Translations under genes and position numbers: made by a program
Shown: piece by piece, positions 31,854-39,781 of the stretch
Numbering within the stretch: position 1 is the stretch's first letter
Layout of the letters: each line of letters starts with the position of its first letter
The notes under the pieces: generated by a model
What the model saw: the letters and a program-made list of their open reading frames with translations, nothing else
Told to the model about the DNA's origin: nothing
Databases searched by the model: none
Source of the DNA: a virus
Lineage: Duplodnaviria > Caudoviricetes
IMG/VR virus record: IMGVR_UViG_3300048889_000027
Location: 1 to 39,781 of that record
Length of the DNA stretch: 39,781 bases
Reading direction: 5' to 3' (one strand)

Positions 31854-33593
31854 TCACTTTATCCAGCCTCGGCTGCGGGCATACTGCGTGTCGGCGATGA
31901 ACTTCTTTCCTTCCTCCGTTGGCTTGCCGTCGGGGCCTGTCATCCTCTTGCGCAACGCGGCAATCTCGTCCCCGTCCTTCGGCATGTATTGCTGCTGGAA
32001 CACACGCGGGTCGAAGTGCTGGTTAAAGTCGTTCTGGAAGTCGCCGTAAGTATCGTCACCCTTGCCGCTCTTTCTCCAATCGTTCCACGCGCGTGCCTTG
32101 GCCTGGATGGCGTCCTCGTTGCCTTGCAGCATGTGGATGATCTGCTGGTTGCCGAGCTTCGATAGGTCGAGGTTCGGATTTGAACCCATGAACAGCGCCT
32201 GGCGAGAGTCGCTGGGTGCACCGATTGCAGCAAGCTGCTGCCCAATGGCAATGTTGGCTAGTTTCGCGAAAGTGTTGGCGGCAGCGATCTGGCCTTGGTT
32301 CATGGTGAAGCCGTAACCGGTGGCTTTTTGCAGGAACGTCTCGATGGCAACCTGTTTCTCGCCACCCGGAGGCATGTTTCCGATCCTATCGAGGTCGCTC
32401 AGCATGTTGGCGTAGTTCGCCTTATTGGCCGGCACCTGATCGGCACGCTTTATCAAATCAGACGCCATGCCGGCGCTCGCCGTGCCCGTTGCTGTCCCGG
32501 ACGCCGTCCCAGCAGCAACAGCGCCAGGAACTGGCCCTCGGATGCCGGTGCCCGCCGGTGAGGGAGGTGCTGCGGACACTGGTGGCACAGCGTCTGGTGG
32601 CGTTGGCGCGGCTGGAGATGGTGCTGTCGCTCCTGGTGGCACTGGAGCAGCCGGGCTGCCGGATGGCGGATAGGTGCCAGCGGCAGAACGTAAACGGGTC
32701 CCCGGCGGCGGCGGCACTGGGGGAGCGCCTGTCGCTGGCGGCGATGTTCCGGGTTGCGTGCCAGGTGTAGCGGGAGCGCCGCCGGGATAGATATACTGAT
32801 CCGGCACACCGGTGTCTTTAAGAAACGTCTCGTTGGTGCCGTGCTTGGTCACGGTAGGATTGGCGGGATCAGGATAGTCCCTTCCCTCCTTTAACCACCG
32901 CTGATATCCAGCAGCACCTTCTGGCGACAAGCCAAGTCCGACGCCGCCAGGATGCACGCTCATGCCGCCTGGACTATATGGTGTCGGCGGCGATATGCCG
33001 GTTGGCACGATATTGGGTCCGACCGTTGTCGGTGTTGGCGTCGGAAATCCACCCGCCGCGAGGTTATATCCCGGGCCCATCTTCCCGCTCAAATGCTGCC
33101 AGGCCGCCACCTTCCGCTGGGCCGGATCCGGGATAGCGGCGATCCGGTCAATCTCAGCCAGCATCGAGGCCGGCGCGCCGGTTGCTGCCGCTCGTGCCCG
33201 TATGCTCGCCATATTCGCGTCTGACGGATCGCTGATCGCTGATGCCGATAGGGACGTTACCAGGTCATCAAGAGCGCCGCTCTGGGTAATCTGTGCGCCG
33301 CGCAGCCCCGATGTGTCCTTGAGCGCCGACATCATGCCCATCGAGGCGATGGGGTTCTGTGCCGCCAGCCTCTGCGCCTTCTGGTAATCGACGTTGCCGT
33401 TCTCGTCGGTGGACTGCTGGAGGATGTTGCCCCAGGCCTGTTGCGCCTGCTTCTCGCGGATGCCGTAGACCTGCCCAGCCGCCTGTATCCCCTGGCTCAT
33501 CGCCGCCAGCGGGTTGACCAGCACCGTGTCTCCGCTGCTCAGCGTCGGCACGCCGCGCATCCCTTGCAGCAATGCGTTGGTGTCATCAGCCAT
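31854..33593 (-). CDS. Putative DNA ejection protein with a Pro-rich linker
   Basis: Position in the ejection cluster; SNPNLDLS, FDPRVFQ motifs; ATG 33593. Confidence 0.6.
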   Translation of the reverse strand: MADDTNALLQGMRGVPTLSSGDTVLVNPLAAMSQGIQAAGQVYGIREKQAQQAWGNILQQSTDENGNVDYQKAQRLAAQNPIASMGMMSALKDTSGLRGAQITQSGALDDLVTSLSASAISDPSDANMASIRARAAATGAPASMLAEIDRIAAIPDPAQRKVAAWQHLSGKMGPGYNLAAGGFPTPTPTTVGPNIVPTGISPPTPYSPGGMSVHPGGVGLGLSPEGAAGYQRWLKEGRDYPDPANPTVTKHGTNETFLKDTGVPDQYIYPGGAPATPGTQPGTSPPATGAPPVPPPPGTRLRSAAGTYPPSGSPAAPVPPGATAPSPAAPTPPDAVPPVSAAPPSPAGTGIRGPVPGAVAAGTASGTATGTASAGMASDLIKRADQVPANKANYANMLSDLDRIGNMPPGGEKQVAIETFLQKATGYGFTMNQGQIAAANTFAKLANIAIGQQLAAIGAPSDSRQALFMGSNPNLDLSKLGNQQIIHMLQGNEDAIQAKARAWNDWRKSGKGDDTYGDFQNDFNQHFDPRVFQQQYMPKDGDEIAALRKRMTGPDGKPTEEGKKFIADTQYARSRGWIK

Positions 33594-33600
33594 GACGCAA

Positions 33601-34437
33601 TTATCCCCGGAAGCTGTATGGCGAGCCACTGGACGCGGCAGCGTAGTAGGCTTGCTCGGATGGGTTGGTGTATGACGAGTTGATGGCGTTCGTTGCGTAG
33701 CCGCCTGTCGTCGGGTTCAGCGCGTTCTGCATCGCTTGGTATCCCAGGTAATTGTTAACGCCACCGGTTAGGGCGTTGGTGGCGTTTTTCAGGCCGGCCG
33801 CCTGGTCGATGCCGGCTGCGTTGATATAGCCGCCCGCGGCGTTCGCGGCCGCTGTGCCCTGCGCGCCGGTTTGTGCTGCGGCGTTCTCGCCCAGCGTGGC
33901 CAGTTTGTTATAGCGATCGAACTCGTTCGTCAGGTTGCCCTGCTGCCCGGTGTTTAGGTTTATGTAATCCGTGAACCGTTGCTGTGCCTCATTAAACCGG
34001 TTCGCATATGTGCTGTCGGCGAGGCCCGTCGCATACGTCGCCGCGCCCTTGAGTGCCGCGCCGGACACGCCCAACCCGCGCGCCGCAGCGGCCGACTGCG
34101 TGGCCTTCAATCCCTGTGCGAGCGTGAACTGATAGCCAGGCGTCTGCTCCAGCTGTGCCTGCGTCATGTTGCCCGGTAGATTGGCCGCCGCCATGCCGAC
34201 ATAATCCGGGCCACCGCCGGTCGGCCCGCGCTGTGCCACACCGTAAGCGGCATCCAGCGCGTTCTGGCCCATCGTGTTGTAGGGCGAGAGATCACCGCGC
34301 GTGGTCTGATACATCTGCTGCTGCACACCGGCCGCATCCTTGGCCGCACCAGCCGCCTTATTCGCCGACATCATCGACGCGCCGGCGCCAATGACCGCCG
34401 AGCCGATTGTTGCAGCCGCAACTGCCCCTGCGCCCAT
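33601..34437 (-). CDS. P22 gp7-like DNA transfer protein
   Basis: Ala/Gly-rich N-terminus, LSPY, TPGYQF.L.QG...SAAARG...SGAALK. Confidence 0.75.
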   Translation of the reverse strand: MGAGAVAAATIGSAVIGAGASMMSANKAAGAAKDAAGVQQQMYQTTRGDLSPYNTMGQNALDAAYGVAQRGPTGGGPDYVGMAAANLPGNMTQAQLEQTPGYQFTLAQGLKATQSAAAARGLGVSGAALKGAATYATGLADSTYANRFNEAQQRFTDYINLNTGQQGNLTNEFDRYNKLATLGENAAAQTGAQGTAAANAAGGYINAAGIDQAAGLKNATNALTGGVNNYLGYQAMQNALNPTTGGYATNAINSSYTNPSEQAYYAAASSGSPYSFRG

Positions 34438-35484
34438 CTATGCCTCCAGTGGCAGGCTATACAGGCTGCCGAACGGCTCGGCCCCCAGCCTGCGAAACAT
34501 CGTCCCGAGCCGTGGTCCGCTGCCACGATGTCCCGCGCGCATCAGCACCCGGTTGACACCCCGTGCCCGCAAATCGGCAATCGCCGCCCGCTGCGTTTTC
34601 ATGCCCAGACCAGGCCAGGACGGATCGGCAAAGAAGATCGTCTGCTCGGCCAGCATTTCATCCGGCGAGTCGAGCGATGGCGCGATGACGGATACTAAGT
34701 AGGAAAACATCCTGCCATTACTGCGCGACGTGAACACATGCAGCGCGCCCCTGTCGTCCAGCGCCTCGAACAGCGCCAGGTTCTTGCGTGCGTGGTCGTC
34801 AGGAGCCTGTCCGGTCTGCACCAGATGCTCGGCGAACAACGGCTGCGCATCGCGATAGAACTCGCGGAATGGCTCGCGCTGAAACGTCACACCGTCCAGT
34901 TCGACGCTCTGTGTCATGCCGCGCAGAATGCGATGCTTCGCCGTCTTCGCCAGCTTCTCCAGTTGTGGCGCGTGCGCGGTGAAATACCGCACCAGATGCG
35001 GCAGGCTGATCTGGATGTTGTGCGGCGCGAGCCAGGCCCACCAGGCAGGATCATGTGGCAGCCCAAGGCAGTGCTCGAACACCCGCGCGCATCCCGCTTC
35101 GTCGGCTAGGTCGGCATACGTCAGCGCCAGCACGCCCGGCATCCGCCGCTCGATCTGATCCAGCTTGCGCTCGGCCCGTTCCAGGAACCGCGTCATCCCA
35201 GGCTCATCGAATGACAGTCCGCCGCGGTGCAGCGAGGCCACCACATCAGCCACGGGACGCCGCAACGTCACCACCCGCACCTCAGGCGGCAGGAGGCGCC
35301 AGAAGGGTGCGGCGGCGGTCTCCACGGTGCCTGTGCAGGGCTGTGCCAGCCACGAGCTCACATCGTCCAGCGAGCGGCAATGCCGTATCTCGTCGTGAGA
35401 GCATTGCCAATCGGCGTAGGACAAAAACTGGCTCAGCCACTTAGTGCGGCAGCGCGGCATCGCAAAGATGACGAACGGTGTCAG
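34438..35484 (-). CDS. Sulfotransferase-like P-loop domain fused to a GNAT-like domain; probable CTG start
   Basis: FVIFAMPRCRTKWL, HDE, RRPVADVVASL, LTYADL; C-terminal RSNGRMFSY...FFADP..PGLG...RRLGA. Confidence 0.6.
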   Translation of the reverse strand: MTPFVIFAMPRCRTKWLSQFLSYADWQCSHDEIRHCRSLDDVSSWLAQPCTGTVETAAAPFWRLLPPEVRVVTLRRPVADVVASLHRGGLSFDEPGMTRFLERAERKLDQIERRMPGVLALTYADLADEAGCARVFEHCLGLPHDPAWWAWLAPHNIQISLPHLVRYFTAHAPQLEKLAKTAKHRILRGMTQSVELDGVTFQREPFREFYRDAQPLFAEHLVQTGQAPDDHARKNLALFEALDDRGALHVFTSRSNGRMFSYLVSVIAPSLDSPDEMLAEQTIFFADPSWPGLGMKTQRAAIADLRARGVNRVLMRAGHRGSGPRLGTMFRRLGAEPFGSLYSLPLEA

Positions 35485-35521
35485 CCGAGCCTCGCCTCCA
35501 GCGCGGAGAGGCGCGCGGTCA

Positions 35522-35722
35522 TCACACCGCGCCCACGCCGTTGTTGAACGCCGTCACGGCATGATCGCGCACCAGGCGGGCGAATGCATCGCAGGACAAC
35601 TCAAGGAGGTTTCCGTCACCACCGTCGGCGATGTGCTGCTCGGCAATCAGCCTGCCGGCACGCTCTGCTAAGCCTTCAAGTATCAGCCTGCGGTCCTCGT
35701 TATCCCACGACGACCGGGGCAT
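35522..35722 (-). CDS. Hypothetical protein
   Basis: GGAGG RBS; TGATG coupling. Confidence 0.5.
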   Translation of the reverse strand: MPRSSWDNEDRRLILEGLAERAGRLIAEQHIADGGDGNLLELSCDAFARLVRDHAVTAFNNGVGAV

Positions 35723-36405
35723 CACCGTGCCCTCCGTGCGGCGATATACCCGGAGGCCGTCATGCTCCCGCCGGTAAAACCGGACTGGGCGACAAGATAC
35801 ACGGCGGTCGTGCTGGCCAGCGACATCCGGGTGGGCGATATATGAAGCATCCACACCGCGCCGTTCGGTAGCGTGGCCACGGCCAACGCGACATTTTGTC
35901 CGGTGGCTTGCGGCGCGGCCGGCATGCCGTTGGTTACGGTGCCGATGCCGGCCGCATAACTCCCGATCCCGGTGGCGGCCGAGGCGCCGAACGTGATGGC
36001 ACCATACACATCCCAATCCCCTGCCGTGAGGCCGATAGAGGTCACGTTCTGTGCGACATTGCTGCCGATGGCAGAGCCGGGAGGTGCCACGGTGCTGCTG
36101 ACGTATTCGCCGACCTGGCCAGCGGGCGCGTTGTCGTTGGTCGTGGTGCCGTTGCGGACGAACGCGGTTGTTGCAAGCTGCGTGGTCCCGGCAGCGGCGG
36201 TCGAGGCCACCGTTGGCGCTGTCGGTGTGCCGGTGAACGGGGGCGATGCCAGCGGCGCGAATGGGCCTCCGGTGTTGGCATAGGCCGCGATCTCGGCAAC
36301 CGTCGCGGCGTAGGCGGTCGTGGACGCCGCCCGCGCCAGCGGCACCTTGTCGGTCGCAACCAGCGTGCCAGGATCGGCCCCGGCAGAGATTTTAGTGTCG
36401 GCCGT
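35722..36405 (-). CDS. Tail fibre-like protein; probable ACG start
   Basis: (M)ADTKISAGADPGTL...APLASPPFTGTPTAPT...QLATTAFV...AGQVGEY...LTAGDWDV...IAARRAR; AGGAGG 5 nt before ACG. Confidence 0.75.
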   Translation of the reverse strand, partial: TADTKISAGADPGTLVATDKVPLARAASTTAYAATVAEIAAYANTGGPFAPLASPPFTGTPTAPTVASTAAAGTTQLATTAFVRNGTTTNDNAPAGQVGEYVSSTVAPPGSAIGSNVAQNVTSIGLTAGDWDVYGAITFGASAATGIGSYAAGIGTVTNGMPAAPQATGQNVALAVATLPNGAVWMLHISPTRMSLASTTAVYLVAQSGFTGGSMTASGYIAARRAR

Positions 36406-36497
36406 AACCGCCTCCTATGCTACATTGCGGGCTGACACCGGCCCGTCACAGCCAGTGCCAACCCTAACCACGGTCCTGCTGTATAGGAGCGAGGCTG

Positions 36498-36884
36498 ATG
36501 CCTCTTACACCAGAAGAGAAGCGTGCGCGCCATACTGCGTATATGCGCGTATGGAGGCACAAAAAGAACAACCTGGAAAAACACAATACTCGCAATCGCG
36601 CATGGAAAGCGCAAAACCCAGGAAGGCGCGCTTATCAGGCGCAGAAAGATGTCGCAAAGCAACGGGGAGTCACCTTTCTCCTGACATTTGAGGAGTGGAT
36701 GACGATTTGGCGGTCCAGCGGCAAATGGGAACAGCGAGGGCGTTACAAAGGCCAATATGTCATGGCGCGGTTCAGGGATCAGGGGCCGTATGCTGTAGGC
36801 AATGTGCATGTATGCACGACAGAAGAGAACCTGCTTGAGCGATGGAGGAATAACTACTTTGAGCGGTGGCGGAATAGTCATTAG
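36498..36884 (+). CDS. HNH-like endonuclease (antisense to the late operon)
   Basis: AKQRGVTFLLTFEEW..IW...RG...YVMARFRDQGPYAVGNVHVCTTEEN. Confidence 0.7.
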   Translation: MPLTPEEKRARHTAYMRVWRHKKNNLEKHNTRNRAWKAQNPGRRAYQAQKDVAKQRGVTFLLTFEEWMTIWRSSGKWEQRGRYKGQYVMARFRDQGPYAVGNVHVCTTEENLLERWRNNYFERWRNSH

Positions 36885-37444
36885 CCCCATATCCACGCCC
36901 CTGTTCCGTCCTCCAGGCCCCAGCGCCCGGTGCCGTCCTCCAGCCCGATGCCGACAATGGCGCCCGAGGGCGTGCCGACAACGACGTGGTTGCCGTCCAG
37001 CCACGGTAGCCCGCCGCCAGGATCGGTCGTCGGCAGGAACGACAGGTTGCACGCGGCCCACGTGCTGCAGAGTTGAGCGATCGGCAGCAACAGCGCATCT
37101 GCCGCCTGCCGCGCGGCAATCTCAGCCTGCAGCCCAGCGTTGTTGCTCAGCGCATAAGCCTGCAGCCACTTATCGGCCGCCTCCCGCGCCGCGGCTTCCG
37201 CAACGTCGGCGGCCTCGCGTGCAGCCGCCTCCGCGGCAATAGCCGCCTGCAGTGCATTGTCAGCCGCAACCCGCTCGTCATGCTCTTTCGTCAGCGCGGC
37301 GCTATCGGCGGCGGCGGTGCCGACCGTGCCGCCGGTGCGGCGTTGGAGGACGGTGAACCACGCGCGCCAGGCGACCGTGACGTTGCCGGCGCCAGGCTCG
37401 ACCAACGGCGAGTTAGGGATGGCGGCGGCGAGACCTTCTGACAC
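36881..37444 (-). CDS. Coiled-coil tail protein (needle/fibre-like)
   Basis: AWRAWFTVLQRRTGG; E.AAR.AAD repeats; LEDGTG repeat; GTG start. Confidence 0.6.
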   Translation of the reverse strand: MSEGLAAAIPNSPLVEPGAGNVTVAWRAWFTVLQRRTGGTVGTAAADSAALTKEHDERVAADNALQAAIAAEAAAREAADVAEAAAREAADKWLQAYALSNNAGLQAEIAARQAADALLLPIAQLCSTWAACNLSFLPTTDPGGGLPWLDGNHVVVGTPSGAIVGIGLEDGTGRWGLEDGTGAWIWG

Positions 37445-37446
37445 GG

Positions 37447-38193
37447 CTAGTTTGTCCCGCAAGCAATCCAGTAGACGTTAGCGACGGCTGGCAGGTTCCC
37501 TGTCTGCGAGACGTAGATATCGGCGCCGGTCAGGTCAGGCTGGCACTCCAGCGTCACCGACGTATAGGAACTGCCGGCGATGCACGCGACGCACGCCTGG
37601 AGGATGGCGAACGGGGTCGGAAACGTGATGCGGACGTGCCCGCTGCCGGCATTGGCGAAACCGCCATAGACAACCTCAGCGGCCCCGCCACCGGACAGAC
37701 CATCGATCTCCGTCTGCAGATGCGCCTCTGCCGCCGTAGCGCGGGTAATCTCGGCGTCGATGCGGGCGCCGAGTGCGTTGTCAGCGGCAATGCGTGCGGC
37801 CTGCTCGGCGCTGTCGGCTGCCGCGCGCGCCGCGGCCTCGTCGGCGATCATGCCGTCGAGGCCGAGCAGATGCACCGCGTCGGCGATGGTGGGGGCGGAG
37901 ACCACGGGATACATGGCAGCTGAAACGACCGTGCTCGATAGCTGGTCGTATATCTCGTTGCCGGCGGCGTCACGCAGCACAACTCTGTAGTCGCCATCTG
38001 CGAAGATTATACAACGCCCGTCAGAGTTCAATACGATCGGGTTCGTATTGACTGCTGTTTGAGCTTGATCGAGCCACGTGGTTTTTGGAGTTGAAGTCCC
38101 TGGGATATAAGTCTCTACTGTCCCTCCGGATATGGGGTCCCCGTTGCCGTCGATGAATTGCAACTCTGGGGCGGGGAGTAAAGCAGCCGTCAT
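37447..38193 (-). CDS. Tail fibre/spike protein with a P22-tailspike-like head-binding N-terminus
   Basis: QFIDGNGDPISGG...GTSTPKTT...NTNPIVLNSDG; EAAARAAAD coil; ITFPTPF, VYWIACG. Confidence 0.75.
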   Translation of the reverse strand: MTAALLPAPELQFIDGNGDPISGGTVETYIPGTSTPKTTWLDQAQTAVNTNPIVLNSDGRCIIFADGDYRVVLRDAAGNEIYDQLSSTVVSAAMYPVVSAPTIADAVHLLGLDGMIADEAAARAAADSAEQAARIAADNALGARIDAEITRATAAEAHLQTEIDGLSGGGAAEVVYGGFANAGSGHVRITFPTPFAILQACVACIAGSSYTSVTLECQPDLTGADIYVSQTGNLPAVANVYWIACGTN

Positions 38194-38900
38194 TGGACAA
38201 CTCTTTCCAAGGATTTCGTGGTGTGGTGAAGCGTTTGACGATTGAAGCCGGTCAACGATTTGGTCGGGTGCGCGTAGTGCGTGAGATCGATCCCGCGGTA
38301 TCGCCAGGCGGACAAGTCCAGCGGAAATTCGTTGTCGTCTGTGACTGCCGACAATGGTTTGATGTCTTGCTTTCGAGCCTTCGGTCTGGAAACACGGTCT
38401 CCTGTGGCTGCTATTCGCGCGAGGTAACTTCCGTACTCAGGCCCGGCGTCCGCCACGGGATGAGCCACACGCCGACGCATAACTCCTGGCTTGCTATGCG
38501 AGAAAGGATCAACGGCAACGACGAGAACGACGCGCGCAATTACCAATCTCGTGGCATCTCGATCTGTGAACGCTGGTCGATATTTGAAAACTTCCTAGCC
38601 GACATGGGCGAGAGACCAAAGGGGACAACGCTCGACAGGATCGACAACGATGGGAACTACGAACCCGGGAACTGCCGATGGGCGGATGCTCCGACGCAGG
38701 GGGTTAACAGACGAACGACCAGATTTGTAACACTGAACGGCGAGCGGTTGTGCTTGCTGCACGCAGCAGCGCGGCTTGGGTTCCATTATACGACCATCCG
38801 TGACTACGCGGCGCATCGAGGATGGCCACTTCAGCAAGCCGTTGACCATTATGCCGCCCGTCAACTGCTGGCTGGCGTAACGTCAACCCAACAGCCTTGA
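38193..38900 (+). CDS. HNH homing endonuclease (probable start GTG 38223/38226)
   Basis: GQRFGRVRV...CDC...SLRSGNTVSCGC...HGMS...FLADMGERPKGTTLDRIDNDGNYEPGNCRWA. Confidence 0.9.
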   Translation: MDNSFQGFRGVVKRLTIEAGQRFGRVRVVREIDPAVSPGGQVQRKFVVVCDCRQWFDVLLSSLRSGNTVSCGCYSREVTSVLRPGVRHGMSHTPTHNSWLAMRERINGNDENDARNYQSRGISICERWSIFENFLADMGERPKGTTLDRIDNDGNYEPGNCRWADAPTQGVNRRTTRFVTLNGERLCLLHAAARLGFHYTTIRDYAAHRGWPLQQAVDHYAARQLLAGVTSTQQP

Positions 38901-38977
38901 AGGGCGGTGCCGCCAGCAAATGGGTTCCCGTCCGCGTCGCAGAATTGCGGGACGGGATTTGGCAGCAGCGGTGCCAT
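38861..38977 (-). pseudogene. Orphaned 5' stub of the 37447..38193 tail gene (MAPLLPNPVPQFCDADGNPFAGGT..., 38 aa)
   Basis: 14/24 aa identical to MTAALLPAPELQFIDGNGDPISGGT; the ATG directly follows the tailspike TGA. Confidence 0.8.
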
Positions 38978-39781
38978 TCAGCTTAGCCTCTCGATCACGA
39001 CGGCCAGCATGTAGGTTCCGGCGCCGGGAGCGCCCGACACCACCGTGCTGTAGTTGATTCCGTAATTGGCAATGTTCATCACAGTCTCGACGATGGACTG
39101 CGGGTTATTGGCGCCGGTGCTGAAATTAATCGGCTGGGTGGTGACGTTTCGGATCGAGCCGTCGTGCCATCCGACACCGGCTGTCACGGTGACGTTGTTG
39201 CCGGTCGACTGCAGCGCCAGATAGAGGCTGATGCGATATATGCCAACAATGAACGGCTGATAGACGGTGGTGCCGCTGATCGATGCGTTCTGCGACACGA
39301 GGAACACATGCGGGCCGACATTGACGGGCAGATCTGGCTGCAGGTTGGGCAACGCCGGGCTGGTGCCGCTGTTGTCCTGGTTCAGCCCGCGGATGTAGTT
39401 CGGTCTGGCATTTATGCTCGGCGTTCCGGCGTTGGTGAACTGGTTCAAGCCAAGCACCAATCCATTGCTCTCAAGCCCAAAGAACGAGTTGGCGGAGGGA
39501 AAGATGGCACCAGTGATGCCGGTGTAGTCGAAAAGGATACCGAACGCCGCCGCCGATCCCCCGGCAATGTGAACCTTCATGAATTGGTTCGTGTCACAGT
39601 TCTGCAGATAAACGGCGTGCGCGTCCATACTGGACGGCAAGGCAATAAACACATTGGTAAACATATTGTAGCAAGTGTTGGAGGACGGCGCCGGCCCCAC
39701 GCCGGTGAGCACTATGCCATTCGCGCCCGACAGGTTCGGGATCGAAATATAGATGTTATTCCATACGTTATGTTGGCTGTT
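38978..39781 (-). CDS. Tailspike / beta-helix protein, 3' part
   Basis: Same frame as 1..748 once the ends are joined; Asn/Gly/Thr-rich beta-type sequence. Confidence 0.8.
   Translation of the reverse strand, partial: NSQHNVWNNIYISIPNLSGANGIVLTGVGPAPSSNTCYNMFTNVFIALPSSMDAHAVYLQNCDTNQFMKVHIAGGSAAAFGILFDYTGITGAIFPSANSFFGLESNGLVLGLNQFTNAGTPSINARPNYIRGLNQDNSGTSPALPNLQPDLPVNVGPHVFLVSQNASISGTTVYQPFIVGIYRISLYLALQSTGNNVTVTAGVGWHDGSIRNVTTQPINFSTGANNPQSIVETVMNIANYGINYSTVVSGAPGAGTYMLAVVIERLS
39655..39781. repeat. Terminal direct repeat copy 2 (circular assembly overlap)
   Basis: Identical to 1-127. Confidence 0.95.

Noticed and set aside
36835-36880. ERWRNN/ERWRNS tandem duplication at the HNH C-terminus
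   Set aside because: Real but minor local duplication with no evident significance
36420-36881. Host-strand bridge ORFs spanning antisense HNH genes (also 38190..38546 and 4686..4949)
   Set aside because: All are in the exact antisense codon register, which is often open because TTA/CTA/TCA codons are rare; the translations have no protein-like features
1-39781. tRNA genes, reverse transcriptase/DGR, integrase, transposase
   Set aside because: No recognisable motifs on either strand by manual reading; absence not confirmed computationally

Overview
The window is an apparently complete, circularly assembled phage genome of about 39.65 kb. Bases 1-127 are identical to 39655-39781, and a beta-helix tailspike gene runs across that junction. 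Gene content is P22-like podovirus: TerS/TerL, portal, scaffold, coat, gp4- and gp10-like tail proteins, ejection proteins, tail fibres/spikes. There is also a divergent CI/Cro-like switch, replication and RecT-like recombination genes, a ParB-domain DNA methyltransferase and a NusG-like antiterminator. A GcrA homologue suggests an alphaproteobacterial host (inference). No integrase was recognised. The most striking feature is about eight HNH-type endonuclease genes that appear to stay harmless in two unusual ways. (1) The TerL intein carries its HNH in a different reading frame nested inside it, so this DNA is dual-coding. (2) Free-standing HNH cassettes sit in the 5' end of virion genes, leaving the old N-terminus as a stub upstream and a diverged, recoded replacement N-terminus downstream (two clear cases, one or two more possible). 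Other observations: non-canonical ACG/CTG starts, several structured intergenic RNA candidates, a duplicated 39-nt leader in an accessory cluster, and unannotated small peptides. All family assignments come from motif recognition by eye, not database searches.
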